A DNA stretch of 40,571 nucleotides, taken from IMG/VR virus record IMGVR_UViG_3300002301_000034, positions 1 through 40,571 of that record, one strand, 5' to 3'. Below the pieces are notes generated by a model. The model was not told the origin of the DNA, did not search any database, and saw only the letters and a program-made list of their open reading frames with translations. Of this stretch, positions 26,584 through 35,172 are shown piece after piece. The position numbers and the translations under genes were made by a program. How positions within the stretch are numbered: the stretch's first letter is position 1; each line of letters opens with the position of its first letter. Origin of the DNA: a virus. Taxonomy: Duplodnaviria; Caudoviricetes.

Positions 26584-28779
26584 ATGAAGAAATTATTTGC
26601 TGCACTTATATTAGTCATTACGGGCGTGACAGCATCGGCCCAAATGACACCCGATCGGTATCGGGATAGCGTCTATTTGCAGATAGGCAACCAGCATACG
26701 CCTGGCACCATTACTAGGTATACATTCTATAAGATGTACACGTACATCACCGACAGCGTACTGGGCTCTTTTGCTACTACTACTGCAGTTGGAGACTCCA
26801 TACACAACGTAACATTAGACCGGGCCCTTGCAAATGGAGATACCACAGCCAGGACGGCTATTTTTCTATCAGGAAGCCTGTATGCTGAAATAGTGCCTGG
26901 TGGTGGTCACTTTTATGATGGATACAGCGGGTCCTATACAAATGTGACTGGTGATGGTATAGACATGCAGAACGGCGCACTTTATACTGAGCTTAGGCCA
27001 GGTGCTATATATTTTACAGATACTAATCAGTCACCTTACACTGGCGGTATTCGGGTAGGTCACTTATCTGCACAAACTACCGATACAATTATCGATCCCG
27101 GGTATATTATAACGCCAGCTGACACGATAGGTGGCGGCGGCCATGCGGCTGTTTTTGCTACAGCTTCTGATTTGTCAGCCCTTGGCGCCGCTCAAAACTT
27201 GCAATCCGTTACAAATAATGGCGACAGCACAACCAGGAATATTATCAGACGTAGAGTGGTTGGGGCTGTCACATATCAAAATATATTCAGCGATACCGGC
27301 ATTAATTTACAAAAGGGTGTAGTTCCTGAATACGGGCTTAACTATTCGCCCGTTCTTGGGTATTCGTTTTTGACCCTTCACGGTGGCACAAACGATGCAT
27401 ATATAGTTCCTTTACCTGGTGCCACATCAGACAAAATAGACACCGTAAGAACAGGCGGCCAGATACTTACTACCGCTGACAGTAGCATTTTTGCAACACC
27501 TGCATATGTTGCTGCGCACGCAGGTATCGGCACAGTAACTAGTGTGACAGCTGGTACCGGACTTAGTGGCGGCACGATTACCAGTACAGGGACTATTAGC
27601 ATGCCTAGCACCGGGACGCCCGGTAGCTATGGCGATGCATCACACATACCCACCATCACAACAGACGCCCAGGGCCGCGTAACCAGCGTAACTACAAACA
27701 CCTTTGCAACTGGCGGTGTAGGAACTGTTACCAGTGTGGCGACTGATGCAACATTAACCGGTGGTACTATAACAAGTGGCGGAACACTGGGCTTAAACCT
27801 TGGTACTGCGAATCTTTGGACAGGTGCGCCTACTGTTCTAAAGGCTGGTATAGGAACAACTGTAACAGCAGGGTTAACGCTTAGTAATACTACACTATCA
27901 GTTGCAGGCCCTACATTTCAGGATCCTCCTTCAATATACTTTTCAGGTCATGGATGGCAAGGTTCTGATAGGCAGATTATTCATAGAATACGTGCAGCAT
28001 CTACCGATGCTAATGGTGGTAATACGGGTACGTTTTTAGTTGATAACTCTATCGATGGTGGATCTACTTATCAAACACTATTTTCAGTATCAAGACAGAA
28101 TCAAATACTTGTAGTTGGTTCTACTGGTAATGGTTCTATAAATGCATCAGGAATTATCTATAAAACAGGAGCAGGTGGTACGGGTACTTTAGCAGTTGGT
28201 GGTGGATTTACAGGTGTTGGAGGGCTCGTAACGGGTTGGAATAATGCGGTATCATTTGCATTAGGAACAACTGGTGTTAATAATGGAGCATCTGGTAATT
28301 TTGCAAATGTTTGTATTCCTACAAGCTATTCACAAAATGCAGTAACATCTACAGCATCAAACACAGACTTGATGATTGTTAGAAATGGTACCACTGGTAC
28401 AGGTACACAACGTCTTTTTAGTGCAGGTACGACATTCGCTTCTTATGTAGAAAAATTTGGTATAGATCCCTCCGGCAATGTCAGCCATACAGGGAATGAC
28501 GTATTTTCTGCGGTCGGCTCAGCGCAGGTAGACAACTCCTCCGCTAACGGCAATAGTGGCACACTGACGTTTGCAAGCGGTGTGGCCACAGTCAGCAATA
28601 CTACTGTGACGGCTAATACTAAGGTGCGGCTATACCTGACGGCTGTAAGTGGCACACTCGGCGCAGGATATGTCCAGACTGTGACTGCGGGAAGTGGGTT
28701 TACTATGACATCGGTAAACAGCACCGGCGCAACAAACACAGCAGATAATTCAAGCTATAAATATTCAATCGAAAACTAA
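26584..28779 (+). CDS. Tail fibre-like protein with Sec signal peptide
   Basis: MKKLFAALILVITGVTASA/Q. Fibre motifs TLDRALANGDTT and NLQSVTNNGDSTT, two GTVTSV...GGTITS.GT repeats, IPTITTDAQGRVTS; Gly/Thr-rich. Confidence 0.8.
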   Translation: MKKLFAALILVITGVTASAQMTPDRYRDSVYLQIGNQHTPGTITRYTFYKMYTYITDSVLGSFATTTAVGDSIHNVTLDRALANGDTTARTAIFLSGSLYAEIVPGGGHFYDGYSGSYTNVTGDGIDMQNGALYTELRPGAIYFTDTNQSPYTGGIRVGHLSAQTTDTIIDPGYIITPADTIGGGGHAAVFATASDLSALGAAQNLQSVTNNGDSTTRNIIRRRVVGAVTYQNIFSDTGINLQKGVVPEYGLNYSPVLGYSFLTLHGGTNDAYIVPLPGATSDKIDTVRTGGQILTTADSSIFATPAYVAAHAGIGTVTSVTAGTGLSGGTITSTGTISMPSTGTPGSYGDASHIPTITTDAQGRVTSVTTNTFATGGVGTVTSVATDATLTGGTITSGGTLGLNLGTANLWTGAPTVLKAGIGTTVTAGLTLSNTTLSVAGPTFQDPPSIYFSGHGWQGSDRQIIHRIRAASTDANGGNTGTFLVDNSIDGGSTYQTLFSVSRQNQILVVGSTGNGSINASGIIYKTGAGGTGTLAVGGGFTGVGGLVTGWNNAVSFALGTTGVNNGASGNFANVCIPTSYSQNAVTSTASNTDLMIVRNGTTGTGTQRLFSAGTTFASYVEKFGIDPSGNVSHTGNDVFSAVGSAQVDNSSANGNSGTLTFASGVATVSNTTVTANTKVRLYLTAVSGTLGAGYVQTVTAGSGFTMTSVNSTGATNTADNSSYKYSIEN

Positions 28780-29276
28780 TGAAGCAAGTAATCATTTTAC
28801 TGAGCATGATAGCGATTTGCTTAAGCTCAAAGGCGCAAGAAGATAGTACAGTCGCAACCCAAAGCGGTGTGATCTACGTCCGCATAAATATTGATACGCA
28901 GCGGACTATACAAGACATCAGTTATCGGGTAGTGGACGCAAGTGGCGATACAACCTATGTGCCAGGCACCGATACTGTGGTAAAAATAAACACCCATGTC
29001 GATAGCGTCAAGCTAAGTGAATATGTGGCGATACAACCGTATAGGGTAACTGGAGCGAACTGCAAGGCTCATTTTCTCACCGTGACTGCAGATTACGATG
29101 ACCTGAAGACATTTTGTGTATTGCGATATCACCTCATTGACGAAAAGGGCAATGAAATATACAGCAGCCCGTACCGCATAGATGGAAGCTGCTACATGTA
29201 TTATAAAGCACAAGGGGCACAGTATGCATACTGGAAGATACTCAATGACGATAACATAGGCCTTACCGCCGAATAA
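28779..29276 (+). CDS. Signal-peptide-bearing protein coupled to the fibre gene
   Basis: MKQVIILLSMIAICLSSKA/Q; TAATG overlap with the fibre stop. Confidence 0.75.
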   Translation: MKQVIILLSMIAICLSSKAQEDSTVATQSGVIYVRINIDTQRTIQDISYRVVDASGDTTYVPGTDTVVKINTHVDSVKLSEYVAIQPYRVTGANCKAHFLTVTADYDDLKTFCVLRYHLIDEKGNEIYSSPYRIDGSCYMYYKAQGAQYAYWKILNDDNIGLTAE

Positions 29277-29290
29277 AACTCAATCTAAGC

Positions 29291-29575
29291 ATGTCTCAAC
29301 CAAGCGAAAATAACATCATAATCCGTCGACCTGCATTTACATGGGATACTATCATAAAAGTAGTGTCACTTATGATCGCATTGGTATACGCAACATCTAA
29401 AATAATAAACAGTATAGAGATAGATCACGCCCTCTTGCTAGATATGCGTTCGACCCAGATTGCTCAAGATAAAGAAAATAAGATATGGCACGACACTATG
29501 GAAACAGAAATCGGAAGCCTTAAGATAAGAATGTCAGTTATCGAAAATGAATTACAGGAACAAAACAATCAATAA
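29291..29575 (+). CDS. Single-TM coiled-coil protein of the lysis cluster
   Basis: Hydrophobic IIKVVSLMIALVYA, then a heptad-rich C-terminus. Confidence 0.65.
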   Translation: MSQPSENNIIIRRPAFTWDTIIKVVSLMIALVYATSKIINSIEIDHALLLDMRSTQIAQDKENKIWHDTMETEIGSLKIRMSVIENELQEQNNQ

Positions 29576-29577
29576 TC

Positions 29578-29946
29578 ATGAATACACTAATCCAAAAAGT
29601 ATGTTATACCGGCATCAAGCTTTGGTATAAGAGACTCAAAAGCAAGTCTCCAAAGTTCTTTGTAAGAATTCAGAATGCCGCAATTATTGCCGCCAGTATA
29701 TGGGGCTTGATCGTTGGAGCCGACCAGTGTGGCTTCTTTGCGTTTATGTCTGCACCGGCCCATCAAAAGTTTGTTGTGATCATCACTGCAATCGGCACTT
29801 TTATGGTAGGCGGCGGCTTTTGGGCAAAGCTTCCGACTACAGATCCAGCGCTGGCCAGCGAAGATCTTAAGCAGGCAATTCTCGATCAGGCCGTTGCGAA
29901 TGGTACCCATTCGGTAGTTGCTCCAGTCCCAAACACGGTATTATGA
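29578..29946 (+). CDS. Putative holin
   Basis: WYKRLKSKSPKFFVRI followed by two hydrophobic helices; upstream of the endolysin. Confidence 0.7.
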   Translation: MNTLIQKVCYTGIKLWYKRLKSKSPKFFVRIQNAAIIAASIWGLIVGADQCGFFAFMSAPAHQKFVVIITAIGTFMVGGGFWAKLPTTDPALASEDLKQAILDQAVANGTHSVVAPVPNTVL

Positions 29947-30038
29947 TAGATATACCGGCTTCAGTTAAAATCGCATTATCACTTCTGGCAATGGCTTTTT
30001 GCTGTTACCTGATCTGGTTTGATAACAAACGAAAATAG
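29943..30038 (+). CDS. 31-aa membrane peptide (not in ORF track)
   Basis: ATGA overlap with the holin; MIDIPASVKIALSLLAMAFCCYLIWFDNKRK. Confidence 0.55.
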   Translation: MIDIPASVKIALSLLAMAFCCYLIWFDNKRK

Positions 30039-30062
30039 TCACCAATAACTAAAACATATATT

Positions 30063-30512
30063 ATGAGTTTCAAAAAAGTAGTAACCGAAGTAGTAGACAA
30101 GGTTGAGATTATTGTAGGACGTGGATTTGCCTTCCTCGATGCTCATGCCTCATTCGTTATAGGTCTGGAACAAGACCTGCTGGCAGCTCTGAAAAATCCT
30201 GCAGCAGATTTCGTATTAGCTAGCGTGTTGCCATCCCAGGTAATGGTGCAGGTACCAAACATCGAGGCGCTGCTCACAAAGGCCATAGCTGCTGAGCTGA
30301 TAGGAACAAAGATCGAGGCTGATGTAAATGCTCAGACCACGCTGGAAGGAAAGCTCCGAGTTCTGATTACAGACATCCAGGCTACGCCGGGCATGAATAC
30401 CGGCATTGTCCGCGACATCTGTATCGCAATCCTCGCTGCAATCAATAACAATGCGCTATCTACAGAGGTATACGCATTCTATCTGAACGCAAAAAGACTG
30501 CTGGCCGCGTAA
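30063..30512 (+). CDS. Helical amphipathic protein of the lysis cluster
   Basis: A-rich leader; between holin and endolysin. Confidence 0.7.
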   Translation: MSFKKVVTEVVDKVEIIVGRGFAFLDAHASFVIGLEQDLLAALKNPAADFVLASVLPSQVMVQVPNIEALLTKAIAAELIGTKIEADVNAQTTLEGKLRVLITDIQATPGMNTGIVRDICIAILAAINNNALSTEVYAFYLNAKRLLAA

Positions 30513-30550
30513 GAGCACACACAACATTTTTAACCAATAAATTTATTCAA

Positions 30551-31042
30551 GTGAAACTTTTAGACGTAGCCATAAAATACATTGGCACACAGGAAGATGC
30601 AGCACATACCAATCACGGCGCACAGGTAACTAAATGGGAGATGGAGGCAGGCCTGCCATCCGGTGGATATGCCTGGTGTCAGTCTTTCGTTTACGGGTGT
30701 GGAGATGAGGCATATGGCCCAGCAAATCCCGTTCCTAAGACTGCTGGTGTAATGGCATGCTGGAATATGGCTGTTGCATCGCCTACGCTGGATACCATTT
30801 CCAAAGAAGACGCAACAGCAGAGAATATTCTCCCGGGCTTCCAAGGCATACTCAACCTCGGCCATGGCGAAGGACACACTTTTGTAGTCGAAAGCGTGGA
30901 TGCTGACGGCACGTTGCATACCATAGAAGGTAACAGCAATGAAGATGGAGGCAGAGATGGTTTTGAGGTTTGCCGGCATAGTAAGCGGCATCTTACTGAC
31001 GCTGTTCTGGTTGGTTTCATCTGCTACGCAGATCCCGCATAA
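30551..31042 (+). CDS. CHAP-domain endolysin
   Basis: YIGTQE...AWCQSFV (Cys), GHTFVVE (His), TIEGNS. Confidence 0.9.
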   Translation: MKLLDVAIKYIGTQEDAAHTNHGAQVTKWEMEAGLPSGGYAWCQSFVYGCGDEAYGPANPVPKTAGVMACWNMAVASPTLDTISKEDATAENILPGFQGILNLGHGEGHTFVVESVDADGTLHTIEGNSNEDGGRDGFEVCRHSKRHLTDAVLVGFICYADPA

Positions 31043-31060
31043 TAGAAATGTGATAAAATG

Positions 31061-31093
31061 AAGAAAGCCACCTTTGCGGGTGGCTTTCTTTTT
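31061..31093. terminator. Bidirectional terminator between endolysin and integrase
   Basis: AAGAAAGCCACC-TTTGCG-GGTGGCTTTCTTTTT between convergent genes. Confidence 0.9.
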
Positions 31094-32318
31094 ATGCAAA
31101 AGCGTTATCAACGCTCTTCAGTATTTCCATCTCCAGTTGCCCGGCGTCCATATCGTAGTTGCTGTTAAGCACCTTCTCGGTGTGCTGGTTGTGCTTGGCA
31201 GCAAGCCTCGCTCCGACAAGCCGCTTTGTTTCAGTAGAATTGCTATGTTTGAGGCTGTAAAAGTCAGCTTCTATATGGTATTTGTCTTTAACCCATTTTT
31301 TCCAGCGCCGAGACATCTGCTTACTGTTGATCGGCTCATCTCCAGGTAATAACCCCTTGGCGAATAAATATTGTCCGGATTTGGCCTCTATGACTACCTG
31401 CTCCCACAGGTGGAGGCATATATCTTTTATTGGCCGCTGTTCAGTCTTGTACGTTCTACCCTTCAGGATAGTATAGGTGACGAGCTGTGACTTTAAATCA
31501 ACATCCTCCTTACGAACCTTCATTATTTCAGTTTCCCGGGCGCCGGAGTGAAAGAATATATGCATCAGGCGCCATAGCCGGTAGTTGTCTTTCCTGAGCA
31601 GCTCGTCCAGTTTTTTGCGCTCTGCAGGTGTATGTACCTGTCGCTTGGCCACTACGTGCTTTTCCTTGCTCATCTTTTCCATGGGATTTGTATTAATAAC
31701 CTCCCAGTCGAAGAGCACCTCAAAAAGTATCATTAAGTGAGCGCGATAGAAATTGTAAGTATTGGCCGTCCACTTACCCTTCTCGCCTGTCTTCTTGTTA
31801 ATTACATGCTTGGTCTTGACAAGCTCCAGCTGCTCCATAACGGCTAGCATATGTCGCCGGCTTATCTCATTTACAGGCTTTTGGTCAAGGTGTAGGTTTC
31901 TAAGGGCCATCTGGGTATACTTCAGCACAGAGCGTAGGTCTTTTCGTACATCTTTGGTGCACTTCTTTTTATCCAAGGCCTGCTGCAGCGCTTCTGATAT
32001 TGGCGAGGTAGGATCTATTTCATATTCCTTCCGTTCTGGTTCTTCCAGACTCTTCCTGTATTCCGTGATCGGGTTGAAGTCATATACCTTGAGATCTCTT
32101 TCCATCTCAATAATAAGTTGCCTTACATAGTCCTGTCGCTGACCTATGTCCTTTATCCAGTTCATGCTTCTGTCGGCCACCTGCTTTTTCTTGTCGAGGC
32201 GATCATCATAGAACCTATACCAGACGGACCAGTCCTTTTTTGTTGATGATGTTGACTTCCAGTTCTGTGGTGTGACTTTGACCCCGGAGAACCGGCAGCC
32301 ATTTGCGAGAGCTTCCAT
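31092..32318 (-). CDS. int: Tyrosine integrase
   Basis: HSGARETE (Arg), ILKG (Lys), FYSLKHS (HxxR variant), NSNYD (Tyr); adjacent to attP. ATG 32318 preferred. Confidence 0.92.
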   Translation of the reverse strand: MEALANGCRFSGVKVTPQNWKSTSSTKKDWSVWYRFYDDRLDKKKQVADRSMNWIKDIGQRQDYVRQLIIEMERDLKVYDFNPITEYRKSLEEPERKEYEIDPTSPISEALQQALDKKKCTKDVRKDLRSVLKYTQMALRNLHLDQKPVNEISRRHMLAVMEQLELVKTKHVINKKTGEKGKWTANTYNFYRAHLMILFEVLFDWEVINTNPMEKMSKEKHVVAKRQVHTPAERKKLDELLRKDNYRLWRLMHIFFHSGARETEIMKVRKEDVDLKSQLVTYTILKGRTYKTEQRPIKDICLHLWEQVVIEAKSGQYLFAKGLLPGDEPINSKQMSRRWKKWVKDKYHIEADFYSLKHSNSTETKRLVGARLAAKHNQHTEKVLNSNYDMDAGQLEMEILKSVDNAFA

Positions 32319-32332
32319 TTGAGCGGTTTTTA

Positions 32333-32354
32333 AAAGTGTTACACAAAGTGTTAC
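32333..32354. repeat. Putative integrase arm-type sites (int side)
   Basis: AAAGTGTTAC at 32333 and 32345, 12-bp period. Confidence 0.65.
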
Positions 32355-32395
32355 TAATTTTACCGCTGCAATGCTGTTTTCTTTCCTTTTTGAAA

Positions 32396-32428
32396 CTCGC
32401 AAACAGTTGATGGGCAACTGTTTGCGAG
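32396..32428 (-). terminator. Perfect 14-bp hairpin downstream of the tRNA 3' end
   Basis: CTCGCAAACAGTTG-ATGGG-CAACTGTTTGCGAG; followed by TTTC on the minus strand. Confidence 0.6.
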
Positions 32429-32432
32429 GTAG

Positions 32433-32475
32433 TGGTCCCTCAGGGACTCGAACCCTGGACCCGCTGATTAAGAGT
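32433..32475 (-). mobile_element. attP core: 3' half of tRNA-Lys(CTT)
   Basis: Minus strand ACTCTTAATCAGCGGGTCCAGGGTTCGAGTCCCTGAGGGACCA gives anticodon loop CTCTTAA, T-arm and acceptor 3' strand; no 5' acceptor strand. Confidence 0.9.
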
Positions 32476-32562
32476 GCTCTACCCTATTTTTAAAAGTCTT
32501 GAAAACAGCCACTGTCGCGGTTTTATAAATATTTGTTTATCTTAATTGACGTCTGACTGAAA

Positions 32563-32584
32563 AAAATGTTACAAATAGTGTTAT
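32563..32584. repeat. Putative integrase arm-type sites (distal side)
   Basis: AAAATGTTAC 32563 and ATAGTGTTAT 32575, same 12-bp period. Confidence 0.55.
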
Positions 32585-32627
32585 TGGTAATAAATAGGCT
32601 CGAATGTAGTGTGGGTAAGGGATAACG

Positions 32628-32999
32628 CTATAATAGTTCTGTATTCAAAATAGTTCTTATTTTCCTGTTTAGCTCATCATTATAGCCTTCAATTATTGCG
32701 GTGCAGATATCATGAAGATCCTTTTTGTATTCAATCGGGCTTAGCCGCAGGTAATTTGTCAACTCTTTTAATAAGTCCCCCTTGTGCGCATTTAATACAT
32801 ACGACCTTGATTTGAATTCTTGCCGATCGAAAACATCATCCCCCAATATTTTATACGCTCTTACAATTTTTGCCACATCATAGTGGCCGGCAATTGTCCA
32901 TGTGCAACAATATAGAATGCTGTTTATAAAAGCATCTAGTTGCCACTCTTTCATTTGGGAGTAATCTCTTTTATGTATTATATTTATCACCTCTGTCAT
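32628..32999 (-). CDS. Hypothetical protein (moron, cI operon)
   Basis: Start overlaps the upstream stop; AT-rich. Confidence 0.7.
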   Translation of the reverse strand: MTEVINIIHKRDYSQMKEWQLDAFINSILYCCTWTIAGHYDVAKIVRAYKILGDDVFDRQEFKSRSYVLNAHKGDLLKELTNYLRLSPIEYKKDLHDICTAIIEGYNDELNRKIRTILNTELL

Positions 33000-33559
33000 T
33001 ACATTTTAAATATCAATCCGACAGTACCTAAGTTCTGAAAAAATCCATAGTTATAGTCGTTCGTTTTAGTGGTGTAATTTATTTGCGACTCTCGGCCAAT
33101 GTACTCTATGTTTATTCCCACACTTTTAGAAATATATTTCGTGTACCCTATTTGAATACCGGCAAAATCGATGTAAGGACTTTCTCCGCTTACATCTTCG
33201 TATGATGTATTGTTTACGAATACGACACCTGCACCAAAGTTAATGCCCGCATACAATACATCTGTTGATTTGTCTATCAGTTTATAGTTGAGCACAAAAG
33301 CTATAGGAACGGCGGGATTTGCCAGCTTTATCGTCTTTTGCCCTCTAGTCAACATCTGATAGGCGAACACGGACACGCCATATTGAAAACGGTGGTCATT
33401 CTGCATATATTGAACCCCAAAGCATGCAGCAGGGGTATTGGGCATCCCGGGCATGAGTGCCGTATTCGCAGCCACTCCAGCTGAAATCTTTAGTTCCCCA
33501 GTCTGGGCGAACGTACATGCGCTTATGATCAGCGACAGTATTGTTAATGTGTATTTCAT
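32999..33559 (-). CDS. Outer-membrane beta-barrel protein
   Basis: Signal peptide ...SACTFA/Q; alternating strands LYAGINFGAG, GIQIGYTKYI, VGINIEY; terminal GTVGLIFKM. Confidence 0.8.
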   Translation of the reverse strand: MKYTLTILSLIISACTFAQTGELKISAGVAANTALMPGMPNTPAACFGVQYMQNDHRFQYGVSVFAYQMLTRGQKTIKLANPAVPIAFVLNYKLIDKSTDVLYAGINFGAGVVFVNNTSYEDVSGESPYIDFAGIQIGYTKYISKSVGINIEYIGRESQINYTTKTNDYNYGFFQNLGTVGLIFKM

Positions 33560-33583
33560 AACTATTTTTTTATAGCGTTTTTA

Positions 33584-33958
33584 TTAATCAATAGGTATTG
33601 CAAGGCCTGCGGCCTGTAATTCCATTCCAGCAAAATGAATATGATTATGTGATATAAGCTCAACTCCGGTCCCAATCAACATAATAAGACCACCCAAGTA
33701 AATGGCAGGTGTAATTTGTCCGGCTGCTCCCGCGCCAATTAAAGCAGCTCCACCTATTTGTAACCCCGCGCCAATATAAAAGTTGTTGGTGTATTTATTT
33801 AATTCTTCTCCTGCGTAATACATAGAAACCCTTATGTCATGAACATGAGTGCGCAATTTCCTATATTTTGCAGTATCAATTCCGTATAGATCCTGAGCAC
33901 CACAATGCCGTGTAGATAATAATGTAAGTGCAATTAGTATTGCTAAGACGTATTTCAT
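33584..33958 (-). CDS. Membrane protein with signal peptide and Gly-rich TM hairpin
   Basis: ...TRHCGA/Q; IGAGLQIGGAALIGAGAAG and IYLGGLIMLIGTGV. Confidence 0.75.
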   Translation of the reverse strand: MKYVLAILIALTLLSTRHCGAQDLYGIDTAKYRKLRTHVHDIRVSMYYAGEELNKYTNNFYIGAGLQIGGAALIGAGAAGQITPAIYLGGLIMLIGTGVELISHNHIHFAGMELQAAGLAIPID

Positions 33959-33979
33959 GGCTTAAAATTATCTATTTAA

Positions 33980-34729
33980 TTATTTTTGACGATTAATTAT
34001 TCCCGAATTTCTGTTTCTCTTTATCATTCCAGTTACATCGAAAACGCTGATCACCTCGCTTAATGGTACCTCAAACGGTGGGTAGGCATACTTTCCCGCC
34101 AAAGGTCCAGTGTCGTATTTCATTGTATTATCGCTGTAACAAAGGAAGCCAGCCTTATCATCAGTATAGAATAGGCGTTTAAATACCCTATTGCTTTTGG
34201 TGAGTAATAAGTATGTTTCACCTGGCTGGATAAAAGTATCTAAATTTCTTCTAATTCCTAGCAGGCAACCTGATGGGTACGCAGGCGTCATGCTATTACC
34301 ATACACTGTAAACGCAGCTTCACTATCACGAAGCATATCTCCCACATCAATATATTCATCCAGATTGTGACTTTGATCACCAACATTTAACTGCATCTCG
34401 GTTCCTGCCACAGCCTCTCCTATCATTGGTATGCGTTTTTTATTTGGGTTGCCAGACCTCGTTAACGCAGAATTTAGAACATCTTCGGAAATATTTTCTA
34501 AATCAACTATTCCAAAGAATGATTTAATGGCATTTCTATCGGAGTCATCCTTCGGCTTAGCTTTTCCGACCTCCCACTTTTCGTATTTTTTCTCTATTTT
34601 ACCTATTTCCTCGTCACTTACACCTTCTTTGCCAAAAATATTTACTACTACCTCTCTTCTACTAAGAAGCTTCCCAGTAGCGGCTCTTACGCCATTTCTA
34701 TAATTTGTCAAAAATGTTTTTAAATCCAT
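33980..34729 (-). CDS. cI: CI-like repressor (HTH + S24 autopeptidase)
   Basis: HTH end YEKWEVGKAKP, Ala-Gly site AVAG, GNSMTP (Ser), VFKRL (Lys). Confidence 0.92.
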   Translation of the reverse strand: MDLKTFLTNYRNGVRAATGKLLSRREVVVNIFGKEGVSDEEIGKIEKKYEKWEVGKAKPKDDSDRNAIKSFFGIVDLENISEDVLNSALTRSGNPNKKRIPMIGEAVAGTEMQLNVGDQSHNLDEYIDVGDMLRDSEAAFTVYGNSMTPAYPSGCLLGIRRNLDTFIQPGETYLLLTKSNRVFKRLFYTDDKAGFLCYSDNTMKYDTGPLAGKYAYPPFEVPLSEVISVFDVTGMIKRNRNSGIINRQK

Positions 34730-34834
34730 TTTACTAATTTTATCGCAAAATAATTTTGTAATTCCGAATTAGTTCGTATTTTTGACATGAAAACGAAATA
34801 ATAAGGAATTCTAAAAGACAACAAACGGCAATAT
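34730..34834. promoter_or_regulatory. Lysis-lysogeny switch region
   Basis: Divergent cI/cro. Rightward TTTG 34755-34758 and TATTTTTG 34777-34784. Palindromes CAAAATAATTTTG 34746-34758 and CGAATTAGTTCG 34765-34776. Confidence 0.65.
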
Positions 34835-35089
34835 ATGCAAACAAATTCTGAAAACCAAAAGCCTAAAGCAGTAGCTCTTTTGGAGGCGTCTTTAAAGGAA
34901 CTGACACAGCAGCTCATCCCGTCCGACCTGGAAATAATAGCCAAGAAAGCAAAGGTTACATCTCGCACTGTCCGCAGGTATACGTTCGCTGGAGAATCGC
35001 CGCGCGACTTCAACACGGGTAAAAAAATATTGGACATAGGCCGAGAGATAGTTAACAAGAGAGAGCAGTCTCTTACATCTGCTGCATAA
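34835..35089 (+). CDS. Cro-like HTH protein
   Basis: Divergent from cI; LEIIAKKAKVTSRTVRRY. Confidence 0.75.
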   Translation: MQTNSENQKPKAVALLEASLKELTQQLIPSDLEIIAKKAKVTSRTVRRYTFAGESPRDFNTGKKILDIGREIVNKREQSLTSAA

Positions 35090-35172
35090 TCATTAACAGT
35101 GCCAAGTAATCCGTAATACGAAGTTTTTAACAGACACATATATAATAACTCAATCAACACACACTTTAACAA

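Noticed and set aside
14311-30541. Shared TTTTTAACCAATAAA upstream of GTG-start genes 14337 and 30551
   Set aside because: Low complexity and consistent with ordinary Bacteroidota A/T-rich translation initiation regions.
32319-32417. N-terminal extension of the integrase
   Set aside because: TTG start inside the hairpin, running through the arm sites; ATG 32318 is more plausible.
32433-32510. Intact tRNA-Lys gene
   Set aside because: No 5' acceptor strand or 5' anticodon-stem strand; better explained as attP.
34787-34801. MKTK micro-ORF upstream of cro
   Set aside because: The ATG is only 2 nt after the -7 octamer, so it probably lies at or before the TSS.
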